Source: Eledone cirrhosa
Lineage: Eukaryota
Assembly (NCBI GenBank): GCA_964016885.1
Contig: OZ024742.1
Span: forward strand, 362,824,001 to 362,888,000
DNA length: 64,000 nt
Reading direction: 5' to 3'
The notes under the pieces were generated by a model. The model was not told the DNA's origin, did no database searches, and saw only the letters and a program-made list of their open reading frames with translations. This document shows, piece after piece, positions 11,745 through 25,859 of this stretch. The first letter of the stretch is position 1; each line of letters opens with the position of its first letter. Both the position numbers and the translations under genes were made by a program.

Positions 11745-13790
11745 TTTATTAAATAACAGATTAAAGTTTAAGCAAAGAATCGCTGCTTTCACCCTAGGGC
11801 CTACATAGGGTTAACCGCCAATAGTTTCAAGCAGCGTCTTTACATGCATACCCATTCTTTTCGTTACCCTCTAAGAAGGAATATGACGTCACTTTCAGCT
11901 TATATCTGGAGTCTAAAAGACAACCACACCCAATATAAGTTACACTGGGAGATCCTAGCTAGGGCTAGATCGTATAACGGAAATAAAAGACCATGTGACC
12001 TCTGCGCCGCTGAGGCCCTGGAAATACTCTACGCCACAGACCACATCTTAAACAAAAAATCTGAGGCAATTTCGGCTTGTAAACATAAATTGCACAAAAA
12101 TTTCCTGTATTACAGCCCCACGTTATACCCTAACGGATAGTACGATCTATACGTGGATATTTTACGTCTTAATGTGGGAGCTAAGTATATGTTTTGTTTA
12201 TTCCTTTACTTATTTGCATAGGTGAGTATATATTACCCGTATGTTTTGTGAAGTTATGTATACCTTCTCGTACGTATATTTGATTGTTTTGGCGTATAAT
12301 TTTTATATATTTTGGTATTTAGGGTTTGGCTATGTGTATACGGGAGTTTTGCGTCTGCGTGAGTATGCAGGTTCGTACGTATGGTGCGTGTGTGTATATG
12401 TGTACTTCTTGTTTTAGTTGACCTACGTCTCCGAACATTCGTGTATTTATATGTGTGTATGTGTGTGCGCTTGTTATATACGTATTCATTTACTTATATA
12501 CGTTTATATAATTATTTATTTATTTGTACACAAGCATACACACACACACACATATTTATATGTGCGTGGTTTTGTATACCTATGGTAAGGTTTTGCGTAT
12601 GCTTGTGTATGTACCTATTTGTTTGCGTGTATGTATTTATTTATTTCTATTACTTCTGTATTGTATTTATTTACTTTGTTCTTAACTCTGTAGCGGAGAT
12701 TCATTTGGTCTCCTAGTTAGAATTTTAGTCTACGACTTCTGCTATACCATTTACGTGGTTTTGTCTTTGCGTGCTATTGTTCTCCACGCTCCACATATGA
12801 CTTATTATCTTCGTTTTTTCGTTCATTGCCAGAGAACGTCTCTATGCACCACCTAAGAGAACATTAGTCTACGACCTCTTTTATACCATAAACGTGGTTC
12901 TGTCTTTGCGCGTAATTGTTTTTCACCACTCCTATTAATGACGTATTATTCGTTTTTTCCCGTTCTTTGCCATTAAACTTTAAGTAGTTACCTACCTAGC
13001 TATGTGTGCATACACCCTTTACAAATTATTCCCTGTGATTGTCTTATATGTTTATTTTATATATATATATATATGTCAATCTATTTCTAGTTCATATAAA
13101 AAGCTCGGATCTATTCATTGGAATCTTTGAGCTTATTCTGCAGTGGATATGGCGCATGTCTCTCAGACATGACAGCCTTAATTTAATTTTGGATATATAT
13201 ACGGCCCCTTAATTGTAGAGCTAACTCAATTGAATGGACTAAGCTGCTATTTCTAGCTGTCGATAATCCTATTCACGCCACTGGGATGACGCTGTGGGAT
13301 GTGTGTATTTAAAAAAAATGCAACACGAGATACGAGTCATTCACAGATTTGCATTTGCTGTGTAAACACAGATGGTTGGATCTTCTCCTTTGGTGACCAT
13401 CCGGTAACTGACTACTGTGATTTACCGATTAATTGGTGAAATATATTTTATATTTAAAGAAATATATACAAAGGAGATTAATCATTTTAAAAGGTATCTA
13501 TATTTGAAGTTCTATTTAAACTTTAATTGGTTACCTACCTAGAGCTATGTGTGCTTACATACTTTACACATTATTCACTGTGATTGTTTCATATTCTGTC
13601 ATCCGGTGACGTCATCAGTTCCATCTGTACATTCTTCTATCATCCGGTGACGTCATCAGCTCCACCCGTACGGTCTTCTGTCACGTGATTCAGAGATAAG
13701 CTGAATTTCAATTTCTCTCCGAACAATATTTGGAAATGTAACTGAGAATCAATAGCAAATATCTCACGCAGTTTTCCCATTAAATTTATT
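11745..13790 (+). mobile_element. PLE 3' fragment (GIY-YIG at about 11800-12140) with short inverted terminus and long putative 3' region
   Basis: YIGLTANSFKQRLYMH..TSLSAYIWSLK..RPCDLC. Segment 11745-11798 is the reverse complement of the repeat at 55113-55162. The 3' boundary is uncertain. Confidence 0.65.
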
Positions 13791-13820
13791 TTGTATATAT
13801 ATATATATACATATATACGT

Positions 13821-13882
<62 letters not shown>

Positions 13883-14030
13883 ATATATATAAATACAAAT
13901 ATATTTACATATACATACACACACATATATATATATATATATACATATATACGTACATATATATATATATATATACAAATATATATACATATACATACAC
14001 ACATATATATATATACATACATATATACGT

Positions 14031-14063
<33 letters not shown>

Positions 14064-14560
14064 AATACAAATATATATATACATATACATACACACACAC
14101 ACATATATACATATATATTTATGTATATGCATATATGCACACAAGTGCATATTCACAACAGCACACACATCCCACATGTACAATTACTCTCTCACAGACA
14201 CACTACACACATTACACCCACACGCGCGCACACAGAACACACACAATACACAACTACACACACTACACACACCACACACATACTACACACACACCAGACA
14301 GATGCTACACACACATATATTGACCTATTGATAGACTTTTTACACCATTGGAGAAATTGCCCTGTGGTAATTCTGTTTGTTTGTAGGTGTGTGTGTGTAT
14401 GTTAATGTGTGTGTGTGTGTGTGCGTGTGTATGTGTGTGTGTGAATATGTGCATGTGTGTGTGTACATGATGCACACCTCTATGTTCATGTGGGTGTATC
14501 AGTGTATATATATATATATGTCTGTGTGCTTCTGTGTGTGTATCAGTGTGTATATAAGTG

Positions 14561-14710
14561 TGCGTGTATGTTTGTATTGCTACATATGTGCGTGTGTATG
14601 TTTGTATTGCTACATATGTGCGTGTGTATGTTTGTATTGCTATATATGTGCGTGTGTATGTTTGTATTGCTACATATGTGCGTGTGTATGTTTGTATTGC
14701 TATATATGTA
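14561..14710. repeat. 30-bp minisatellite, about 5 copies
   Basis: Unit GCGTGTGTATGTTTGTATTGCTACATATGT. Confidence 0.9.
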
Positions 14711-15004
14711 TATGTGTAAGATTATTTCCTGAGGATGTCATGTCGGTTGTTTCCCCATGTGGCATCTTTCAGAGTTAATCTATCGAAGGCTGCCGACAAA
14801 CTTTGATTCTACCAAGAATTACACAACACTCCATTTCGCTCACATTAGGGAACAGTTTCTTACCCATAGCCCTTTTATACAGACCCTACAGACAATCATG
14901 TATAGCTGTAACCTTTCCATATCTAAATATATAATTTACTACATGTTGACGAGTTATTCTTCGCGCTTATCTTTAGTTTTCCATTGACATCTGCCTATTA
15001 CACA

Positions 15005-15290
15005 GTGGAGGTGTATGGCCTAGTGGTAAGGGTGTCGGACTTAAGATCGTAATGCCGTGGGTCCGATTTCCCGGCTGGGTTGTGTGTTGTGTTCTTGAGC
15101 AAAACACTTCATTTTACGTTGTTCCAGGATACAAAGCTGAAAATGAGAACCAGCAATATCTGGGGGTTTAAACCTACGATAGAATGGCGACCTGTCCAGA
15201 GGGGCGTCTTGAACTCTCAGTCACTTCACACCAAGAAACCGGGATAAGCACCGGCCTGACGTGCTTCATGGCTTGAGACAAAATTTACCG
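15005..15290 (+). mobile_element. tRNA-derived SINE (CORE-like), diverged
   Basis: TGGCCTAGTGGTAAGG A-box, B-box-like segment and GTGTTCTTGAGCAAAACACTTC. Related fragments near 16355, 23520(-), 24230(-), 41760(-) and 43775. Confidence 0.6.
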
Positions 15291-17035
15291 CACAACGATA
15301 AACCGTCCCTTTGTCCCCTATGCTGTTTGGGACACACTCTGCTTGTAATACCAAATGACACCGACGTACGATACTCTGGACCTAAAGACAACCCAACTTC
15401 TCAGCTCTTCTGGTTGCGCTTTATACAATTATTATCGAATGTCTCCTTACTTCCTTAAAAATACAGACCCCTAGGTTTTCATCTGAGCTCTTGGTAATGC
15501 CTTCCAAAGTCAACAGAGTGGGTGGGTGGAGTGAAACATCTTGGTGGGTCTATAGATATCATGGAACATCTTAGCACGTGTATGTGTGTGTGTGTGTGTT
15601 GTTCATTGACATGCGTGCATCTGTGCATGTATGTGCGTGTGGGTCTGATGCTATTTGTAGGTACGTGAGTGTGTATTACTATGCATGTGTACGTGTGTAT
15701 TTCTGTGTGCAAGTATGTGTGATTGTGCTGTATGTATCTGCGTGTATTTGCGATGTGTATTGGAATGTGAGAGTACGAATATGTTCTATTTTTTAAGGTT
15801 TCCTCTTTAAACGTTTTTTTCGTTCTACATTCATTTCGTTCATTGACTTCTCTTCATTAATTATCCTAATTGTATTTTGTTAATACTCAAGACTTGATTA
15901 TGTCGTTAGGCAGACTTTGTAAATTACGAGGTTAATGTTTGCCAAATATTATCTGGCAATACATAGAAAATAACTAAAATGGAATTTACAGGTCACACAT
16001 ATAAACGATAAGCTTTTATCCTACGAGGTTATATCTCACAGGAGGTTTTTCAGGTGTTTTAATAATATATGCTCTGGTATTATCATGGAAAGCAACGTGA
16101 AATAAATCGTTTTGCTCACAATACACCGCCCAGACTAGGGGTGGACACATGTAATTATATACGTTAGTGTAGCCCTCACTGTGTCACTCAGTAACACTAA
16201 TGAGAGGTTATATAATGATGATGTTTAACAATTTCATTCCCGACTCCATTCTTGGGCGTCGATATAATTACATATTACACCACACTCTGTACTGTTACAG
16301 GTCTATAATCGCTGTAAAACACCCAGTGAAGGTGTGTTGTTTGCTGTTTATATTGATAAGGCTGTCAAGTCATGAGTTCGATTCTCGGGTCGTGTGGCGC
16401 ATATGTCCTTGAGCAAGTAACATTATTTCATGTTTCTCTAGTCCACTTAAAGGGAGAAAAAATGTTTATACTTATAATTCATAATGTTAGCCTTATTGTA
16501 CATACTCTGTTACGGCGAATCTCCCTAAGAATTACGTTAAGTGTACACGTGTCTGTAGAATGTTGAGCCCTTCTACGGTAATTTGTAGAGTAGTCAGTAC
16601 CATTGTTCGAACAACTGGAACCGTTGTCGCAGTCGACGAAGGTCCGTCAGATATTTATACAAATGAAGAATGTATTCTTACAATTATCCATTATTAATGT
16701 CAAACCAAACAACAAAGTCTAGTTTTCTATATTTCATGACAAAAAAACAAGACATAATAAATGTATCTTACTAGCCATTATCATCTTTCTGTAACATCTC
16801 CTCCCCCAGTCTCTCTATAGCCCATAACTCAGACATCACGTACCTTCAATCACCGTCATCTTCCACAAACATTTGTCCTAATACCTTTCTTTCCTGTTCC
16901 TTTATTTTTTATTTTCATTGTTTACAAATTTGTTACGAATTAAATTCTACACGTATTGTTTCATAAAGTTCAGCACTTTCTCAGTAATATAGAATTCTAT
17001 ATACAGACATACATACCTCGCTCATACATACATAC

Positions 17036-17135
<100 letters not shown>

Positions 17136-17217
17136 TTATATATGTATATAGATATATATACATATATACATAGAAATACACAAATATATATATATATTAT
17201 ATATATGTATTTGTATG

Positions 17218-17297
<80 letters not shown>

Positions 17298-17779
17298 TAC
17301 AACGAAATGAGGAACGCTAATCACAAAACAAAAGATTTTCAAATATATAAACTTGATATTTTTCTTTTCCTCTATATATTGTTTTTTCTTTAAAAAAACA
17401 ATAAATATTTACCAATTATTCTTTTTTGTTACTATTTACATTTCTATTTCTGTTTCTTGTTATACTTATCTAGCTGTTAAATTTAATCTTTCCATATGTT
17501 CATAACTTTCATAATAATAATAATAAGATTTGCTATACAATTCCTACAAATTTCTACAGCTTGATGAAGGCGATTGCAATGTTGCAAGCACTCGAAAGAA
17601 ACTGATCGCTTTCAGAGGAGAATAAACGAAACAAAACAAAAACAGAATAACAAATAAATATTTATTATGTTCATCTTTTTGTATAGATTGATTGATTATT
17701 ATGGCAAATATTTGAATTTAATGATACAACAATTTCACTGTTGATTGCTTTAAACCGAAACATAAACTAACGAGGATAC

Positions 17780-18074
17780 ACGACGAATTGGCAGAGTCGT
17801 TAAATCGTCGGATAGAATACTTTATGGCATTCGGTCCGGCTCTCTGTTCTCTGAGTTCAAATCCCGCCGAGGTCAACTTTGCCTATCATCAATTCCAGGT
17901 CGATTATAAAATGACCAATCTAGTACTGGGGCCGATTATTCCTCTTTCTTTCTTCCTCACTTTATATCATTCTCTGGAAGTAATCTGTTGTAATCAGACG
18001 AGGAAAGATATAGAATTGCCCTCGAAACGCCGTATGTCTACACTGGGGGTGGGGAACGGGCCCTATAACTCCCC

Positions 18075-18075
<1 letters not shown>
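17780..18075 (+). mobile_element. tRNA-derived SINE with extended 3' segment, followed by (CTAA)n 18077-18144
   Basis: Same core and 3' extension as 3535-3860. Confidence 0.7.
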
Positions 18076-18126
<51 letters not shown>

Positions 18127-18471
18127 TTAACTAACTAACTAAATAACGTGGAGATAAGAATGTTTGACTGAGATGTTGGACTCATGTTCAAGCTAAAATC
18201 CTTAGAAAAAACAAACAGAAAAGCCGTGTGTTGTTGTTAAAGCTCACAACATATCCACGTGAAGGTGGTCTCTTACAAGGCTATACTCCTGTATGGTTCC
18301 TATAGTGTTTTAATGACAGGAGATGGAATCCTACAAAGACCCCCAAAGTGGAGTGAGACGTCTAGGTATTCCCGACCATACGAACCAACATTTCAATTAA
18401 ATGTCCAACATTTTAATTCTAGTTTATTTATTATTAGCAACTGTATCGCATATCATTATTATTCGATATAA

Positions 18472-18938
18472 AAGGGCGGTGGATTGGCAGTATCGGTAGA
18501 GAGTCGGACGCCATGCTTTGCAGCATAGAGTTACGGCTCTTTATGATCTGCGCTCAAATCCCGCCGAGGTTAACTTTGCCTTTCATCCTTATGGGGTCGA
18601 TAAAATAAAGTACGAGTCACGCACTGGGTCGATTTAATCGACTTTCCCCTCCCCCCAAATTACTGGCCTTGTGCCTATATAAGAAATCATTATTATTCGA
18701 TATAAAAGGGTGGTGGATTGGCAGTATCAGTAGAGGGCCGGACGCCATGCTTTGTAGCATAGAGTTAGGGTCCTTTATGATCTGAGTTCAAATCCCACCG
18801 CGGTTAACTTTGCCTTTCATCCTTACGGGGTCGATAAAATAAAGTACCAGTCACGCACTTGGGTCGATTTTATCGACTCCCCCCCCCCCAAAAAAAAAAA
18901 ATTGCTGGCCTTGTGCCTATATAAGAAACCATTATTAT
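18472..18938 (+). mobile_element. Two tandem tRNA-derived SINEs (Meta-domain-like core)
   Basis: Two units of about 230 bp. CATTATTATTCGATATAAAA occurs before, between and after them (shared TSD). Confidence 0.85.
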
Positions 18939-19279
18939 TCGATATAAAACTTACAAACACATTTCTGTATCCAGCTATGAGAGTGAGAAAGCAAACTCTG
19001 TCATTGTTCTCTACATAAACACCCTAGTTGAGTACTTTGGCTTCTATTCAATTTTTCAATTTGCCGCCAACCTGTTCCCTAACCATGGCCAGCTTTGGCT
19101 TACCACGTCTTTGAGGATAGATCACATGTCACTATAAGTAGAGGGTTCTACAATATTAATGACAATGACTGGACGTATAATAGACGTTTAAACAAACATT
19201 TCCATTCAAGGGAGTCTACCATCCGCTGAGGAAGCATTCCCGAACTAAATTCCATAATATCTGCTGATATTATCTGCTT

Positions 19280-19448
19280 TGGTAGAGGGTCGGACGCCAT
19301 GCTTTCCAGCATAGTTACGTCCCTTTACGGTCTGAGTTCAAATCCCTCCGAGGTTAACTTTGCCTTTCATCCTTACGGGGTCGATAGAATAAAGTACCAG
19401 TAATGTACCGGGTAATTGATGGCCTTGTGCCAAAAGTAGAAACAATTA
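19280..19448 (+). mobile_element. SINE, short-3' variant, with ATTATCTGCT TSD
   Basis: Same head and core as 18472. Confidence 0.8.
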
Positions 19449-19744
19449 TCTGCTATGAATAATGGTTCTAGTTGGAGCTATTGTCGACAGACCGGAGTAC
19501 AGAAAATGATGCATCGTTCCTGGTATATTTGATATAATATTATCATAACCCATACGAAGTCGTTTATCTTACGGTTTAACGTATGTGACCACTCTGAGTA
19601 ATGGGTTTGTACTTCTAATAATACAAACCTAATTAAATCATTGAGTGAGTATGAAAAGGCCGAAGCTCTACACATTCTCTCCGACTTGCTTCGTAAATCT
19701 TTTACAGTGTCTCTCTCTCTTTCTCTTGCCTTTAAACAGACACA

Positions 19745-19800
<56 letters not shown>

Positions 19801-20139
19801 CACACACACATCCACATATCTCACTCTCACCTTTACACACACTGTCTCGCTCTTATTTTTACTCACACTCTGTTTTTCAGCTTTCTCTCCTACTATCTCA
19901 CCCTTACACATTCTCTCTCCCATTTTACTCTTTTCCCCTCTCTTTCCCCCCTCACATGTACACTTTCCCCCTCTCATGACACACCACCACTATCTCAACT
20001 TTACAGCCTCTCTCTGATTCTCTCTTCCACATTTACACAATCTCTCTTGATCTATCGCCTCAGTCTCTGTAAGCCAACTCGATACCATAGGAGGCGACAT
20101 TACTGAGTGACATATAGACATATCCCTTTAGTTTCTCAC

Positions 20140-20745
20140 TTCAATTCCCGTCGACGTTAGCTTTACCTTTCATATTTACTGGTTCGATAAAATAATATAC
20201 CAGAAACAGACTGGAGTCGATTTATTCAACTTTTCCCTCCCCTCAAATTGTTGGTCTTCTGCCTAAATCAGAAACCATTATTATTAGAAGGTAGAGGGTT
20301 GGACGCCATGCTTTCTAGCATAGTTATGTCCCTTTACAGTCAAATCCAGCCGAGGTTAACTTTGCCTTTCATCCTTACGGGGTCGATAAAATAAAGTACC
20401 AGTCACGAACTGGGATAATTGCTGGCCTTTTGCCAAAAGTAGAAACAATTATTATTAGAAGGCAGTGGATTGGCGTCGGCTAGATATTTAGAACTATTTA
20501 TTGTGAGTTCAAATCCCGCCGGGTGAACTTTTCCTTTCATCCTTATGGAGTCAATAAAATAAAGTACCAGTAACACACTTGGGTCGACTTTCCTTTCCTG
20601 CTAAATTGTAGGTCTTGTGCCTAAATCAGAAACCATTACTGCATCCAGATTCAGTAGAGTGTCAGACAACATGCCATGTGGCATAGAGTTACGTCCGTTT
20701 ACGTTGTGAGTTCAATCCCCGCCGATGTTAGATTTACCTTTCATC
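20140..20745 (+). mobile_element. Tandem array of four SINE copies or fragments
   Basis: Repeated CCTTTCAT..CGATAAAATAAAGTACCAG cores separated by ATTATT. Confidence 0.8.
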
Positions 20746-22395
20746 ATTATTTGACATCTTGTCAACGTTAATCAGGCGTCGATTGCTGATGGACAATAGA
20801 TTTTACATCTGGAGAAGAAAACTAAATCTTGTTGAGCTGTGTTAAATATAACGACTGACGACAGACGTGCAGAGAGACGGGGGTAGAGGGAGAGAGAAGG
20901 GAGGGTGGAGAGATAGGGAGAGAGAGAGTGAGTGCCAGAGAATGAGAGAGAGATGGAGATAGAGTAAGAGAAAGTGAGAGTGAAGGAAACTGAGAGAAAA
21001 GAAAAAAGATGGAGAGAGTGTGTGAGAGAGAGGCGGGAGAGATTGAAGAGAAAGAGAGAGAAAAGAGTGACGAGAGAGAGAGTGACGAGAAAGAGAAAGT
21101 GACAAGAGAGAGAGAAGAGACAGAGAGAGTGGCGAGAGGGAGGGAGAGAAGAGGGAGAGAGCCATGAAATGTGAGGGAGAAAGAAAAAGAGAGAGTGAGA
21201 GAAAAACATGCAAGACCATTCATCCATTAGAAACATCTAATATATGTACCCCCCCCCCCACACACACACACCCCGTACACCCCCACATACCCACACATAT
21301 CACACCCACCCACACCCACCCACACACATACATATACACATACATACAAACACAGAAACACACACACTCACATATACTTCATTAAGACATTATGACACAC
21401 AAACATACTAACACATGTACTCAGTCACATATGACCATATACACATACACACACACCCACGCACATACACACACATACACTTATGTATTCCATTATCATC
21501 TCTGATACCAAAAGCCATCAGTCAAAATTTAGCCCACACTCAAACACACACACATACCACCCACACACAAACATTTACACATAAACACACAAACACACAC
21601 ACATACACAATCACATAAAGACACAAACACAAACACACACACATGCCCCCCACACACAAACACACACCCATATAGCATAAAAGCAAATGCAAATAAACAC
21701 ACACGTGTACACTCATATACGAATACACACACACACAATCATATACTAATATATACACACACAAGCAAATATACACACACACACGCACACAAATATATAC
21801 TAATATATATACACACACAAACAAATACACACACACACATAAGCAAATATATACAAATAGACACACACAACCAGATACACACACACACACACAAGCAAAT
21901 ATATGTAATACACACGCACAAAGGCAAATACATACAAATACACACTCGCACATAATCATACATATACAAATACACATGCTCACGTATAGGTACATATCTA
22001 GAAGTACACACACACACACACACACACGCACACACACACACAAACTCTGGACATCCACACTCAGTCATGTGTTCATTATGATGGACGCCACCATTCAACA
22101 ATAGGCGATATCTAACATTCAGCCAAAACTTCCAAACAAATAAATATGCCTGAGGAAGTAGAGAGAGAAAGAGAGAGAGAGAGGGAGAGGGAGAGGGAGG
22201 AGAGAGAGAAAGAGGGAGGAGAGAGAGAAAGATCGGAGGTTGTTGATGGGTAAATATTTGGACATACGTATATCCATCCATTCATACAGAGAGTGATACG
22301 CACACACACAGACACATATATATATATATATATGTATATATATATGCATATATATATACTGGCATACAGAGAATTATACACACACACACACACAC

Positions 22396-22455
<60 letters not shown>

Positions 22456-22519
22456 TTTTATATAGATATATACATTTACATATATAGTTAGCTACATACC
22501 AACCTACCTACATACATAC

Positions 22520-23365
22520 AAAAGAGAGAGATAGGCATGCAGGCAAAACACCTAGATGTGAAAACAAGTGCAGACTCTGCAGAACTAACATCGAGGATAT
22601 CAATCATGTCATCAGCAGCTGTCCAAAGATGTCATCGCGGTACTATCTACCTATGAGGCACGATGTAGTGGCAAAAACACTGTACAATGCAGTTCGTAAA
22701 AAAGATAGCCCCGATAATAATCACATTAAAAGCTACAACAATGTGGAAGACATCCATGTAGATAATATGAAAGAGCACTGGGGGAATGTTCCAGTAAAAA
22801 CCCCAATAAAATGCAGGCATAACAGACCAGATATTATGATATGGGACAGGGAGAAGAAAACATGCACAGTAGTGGAAATTAGCTGCCCAGCAGATGCCAA
22901 TATAATATCAAAGATTAATGAAAAGGAGAATATTTATGCAGAACTGATGAGAAATCTGCAGATACTCCACCCTGATTACACCTTCAGATTTATGCCTGTG
23001 ATTGTTGGGGCACTGGGATATGTTAGTAACTGCCTCAATACAAATCTTGAGAAGCTAGGCTTCACAGGAACAGAAAGAACACAACTAGTTAGGAAACTAC
23101 AAGTACGATCCATTAATGGAACGGTAAAATTATGTAAAACATTCCAAAAATGTTGCATCTAATAACTGCATATACACATGTACACATACAACTCAAAAGA
23201 AACACATCCACACATACAATAACATCCATATCTATATATGCATGCATACATACATATCTACCCAGTTGATGTGTAAATTCCAATGAGAGAGTCTTGTGTC
23301 TATCTTAGAAACCGACTCTCTCTCTATTGGTAAAACTTTGTGAAATTATAAAACCAGAAGAACAT
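22520..23365 (+). mobile_element. 3' fragment of an RLE-type non-LTR retrotransposon (R4/Dong-like)
   Basis: CRLC..HVISSC zinc knuckle, RHD, RPD..VVEISCP..EKENIY endonuclease motifs (ORF 22629-23162); 3' UTR hairpin GAGAGAGTC..GACTCTCTC; (CATA)n flanks. Confidence 0.85.
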
Positions 23366-24732
23366 ACATACACACATACATACATACATAATTACAGAAT
23401 TGTCAAAATTCTAATAAGTCTTGTTTCTGTACTGAATTGGAGAAAAACCACACACTCACACACAGAACATATATTCATGCATAGAATGGGTCTCCGTCGA
23501 GGAGTATTTTAATTGTTTTATCAACGTATGTCCCGGCTGATTGAGTACACTCACCGATCACAGAGATCGAACGTGATATACTGTGTGACATATCCGGACA
23601 TTTGAACTAAACATACAGGTCATATATTTCCATGTGCACTGGAGTAAGGTGAAATAAAATGTCTTTCTCAATGATACAACCTTTTGCCTGTGATGGGAAG
23701 GGAACACCTGTACTGGACTTACCTATACGTTAAACTATACCTTATGGTCACACTCGCTCGGTCGCTACATTTTATAAAATAAGTTTTATTTTATGATAAT
23801 GTTTAAATCTTTAACACTAAATGTACATTTTGTAATTAATTTGATTGGCTGAACATTCTACAGAGAGGAATATACTTAACGTAATTCTCGGTAGGTTTAG
23901 CGTGAGACATGACCATTTGAATTCAGGTCAAATCCATTCAGTGGGTTTCGAAATAGTTTCTGTCTACCAATCATTCACAAGGTATGGGTTCATCCGACAC
24001 GATACTAGATCAATGCAAAAGGTAAACAGAAATAACAAAACAAACGTCACAGTACATGGAAGAAATACATTCGTTGATCGATTGAAATAGCAAGAAAGTA
24101 TTAACGTTTCATACACTAGTCCTTCATCAGAAGATAGAGTTAGAAATAGAAGATAAATAGAAAGTAATGAGTGATGAGAGGAAGGAACGAGGGAAACATG
24201 AGGAAAAATGGGGGAAATAAAACACATGTGCGTATTCAGTCGGCCTTGCCCAACATGACATGCAGTAGAATCGAACCAGAAACTTAGTGATTGCGAAACG
24301 TAGTTATTAACTATTCTACATCATTGCCTCCACGCAGACATATTAGATAGAAACATTGAGATTGAGATACCTTGACAACAAATCTCACTATTGGAAGATA
24401 TGTTATAACATATATGTGACTATTAACATAACATTTCAACCTCCAAAGTGAAATGACATGTTTGCAGCTGTTTCAAGCTAATGTAAACGGAAGGAAATTA
24501 TATGGCTATATAACATATGCTATTACATGTAGCCAAATCTCCCAGTTCACATATGGCTGCTTATAATACTATTATTCGGATCACGGCACTTTGGTTTCAA
24601 TTTCAACAGGTGTCACCATTGCTAGTCCTTCTTTTAGGACGATAACTATGGTTTCAGACAAATACTGATTTCAATACTCCACCCCTCTCCCTTTCACTCA
24701 CTCTTTCTGTCCCCCTCCTCTGTCACTTTCTC

Positions 24733-24807
<75 letters not shown>

Positions 24808-24811
<4 letters not shown>

Positions 24812-25601
24812 TAAAACATGTCTATAGAATCACAAGATAAAATATATACTATTTCCTCTCCCAATTAGCATAATTAACTATATAAAAAATCGAATAGACC
24901 AGGCTATACGAATGAGGCTTCTATGAAGGAATCTCCGACAAATAACCAAAACTAGCGCTTCGCGTCGGCCGTAGCGGAATATTTATCGAATATTTCGACA
25001 GCGTAATCGCCTAGATACAGTCAACTAAGCAGAATTAGGTTTAAAATAAACTAGGAGAAAATAGAATACATTTAAATACCTCTACCATGGTTTCGTCCGT
25101 GTTTTGAGTTTTCCAATAATTATGTAATAATTATATAAACTCGAGCGCCGGATTCTTCAGGAAGCTCGCTCATATCTAGACATTAAATTTTCCAAAACGA
25201 TCGCGCCAAGAATTAATTTCAAAATGGCTAAAAATCGTGACGTAGTCGCAGTCAAGTTGGAAGGGGTGTGGTAGTTGCTTACGACTGGTGGCATTTTTGC
25301 TAGAAAGCACAGCACAATACAGCCAAATTTGTATCTCAACCTAGTGGGAGATTATTACATATAAAAGTTTACATATACATATACATACACATACATATAC
25401 GTGTTTTGCAACTGGTCACTTTTTGGCTCAATGAAAAATTAATAAATTAAACAGGAAATAGTATATATTTTATCTTGTGATTCTATAGACATGTTTTATG
25501 ATATATAGCTCTGATTGTTTAATTTATTAATTTTTCATTGAGCCAAAAAGTGACCAGTTGCAAAACGCGTATATGTATGTGTATGTATATATATATGTAA
25601 A

Positions 25602-25610
<9 letters not shown>
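24808..25610 (-). mobile_element. Non-coding HHR-bearing element with inverted terminal copy
   Basis: 24808-24857 is inverted at 25453-25503, and 25361-25453 is inverted at 25517-25609. Homologous to 33722-34502. (TA)n flanks. Confidence 0.75.
25079..25164 (-). ncRNA. Type I hammerhead ribozyme motif
   Basis: CUUC-CUGAAGA-AUCC...GGAC-GAAAC-CAUG-GUA-GAGG. Confidence 0.7.
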
Positions 25611-25670
<60 letters not shown>

Positions 25671-25735
25671 ATGTATATGGTGTTGACCTCGACTGTAGTG
25701 GTAGTAGCGGAGGGAGAAGAGGGAGAAGAAGACGA

Positions 25736-25770
25736 AAGAAGAAGAAGAAGAAGAAGAAGAAGAAGAAGAA

Positions 25771-25817
<47 letters not shown>

Positions 25818-25855
25818 AGAAGAAGAAGAAGAAGAAGAAGAAGAAGAAGAAGAAG
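25736..25855. repeat. (AAG)n microsatellite
   Basis: Direct reading. Confidence 0.95.
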
Positions 25856-25859
25856 GGTG

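Noticed and set aside
13599-13665. Two CUGAUGA on the minus strand with a GUCA/UGAC hairpin
   Set aside because: GAAA is not adjacent to stem II and no stems I or III close.
15005-15080. tRNA gene
   Set aside because: No complete cloverleaf; it is a SINE head, as are the other A/B-box hits.
17555-17620. Weak HHR-like relics here and at 9170-9225(-), 24100-24135(-), 30026-30069(-), 55099-55132(+) and 57360-57410
   Set aside because: Core or stem I is too degraded to call. They are plausibly old PLE termini but are not counted.
18077-18144. (CTAA)n as a telomeric repeat
   Set aside because: It is a tetranucleotide microsatellite, not TTAGGG or TTAGG.
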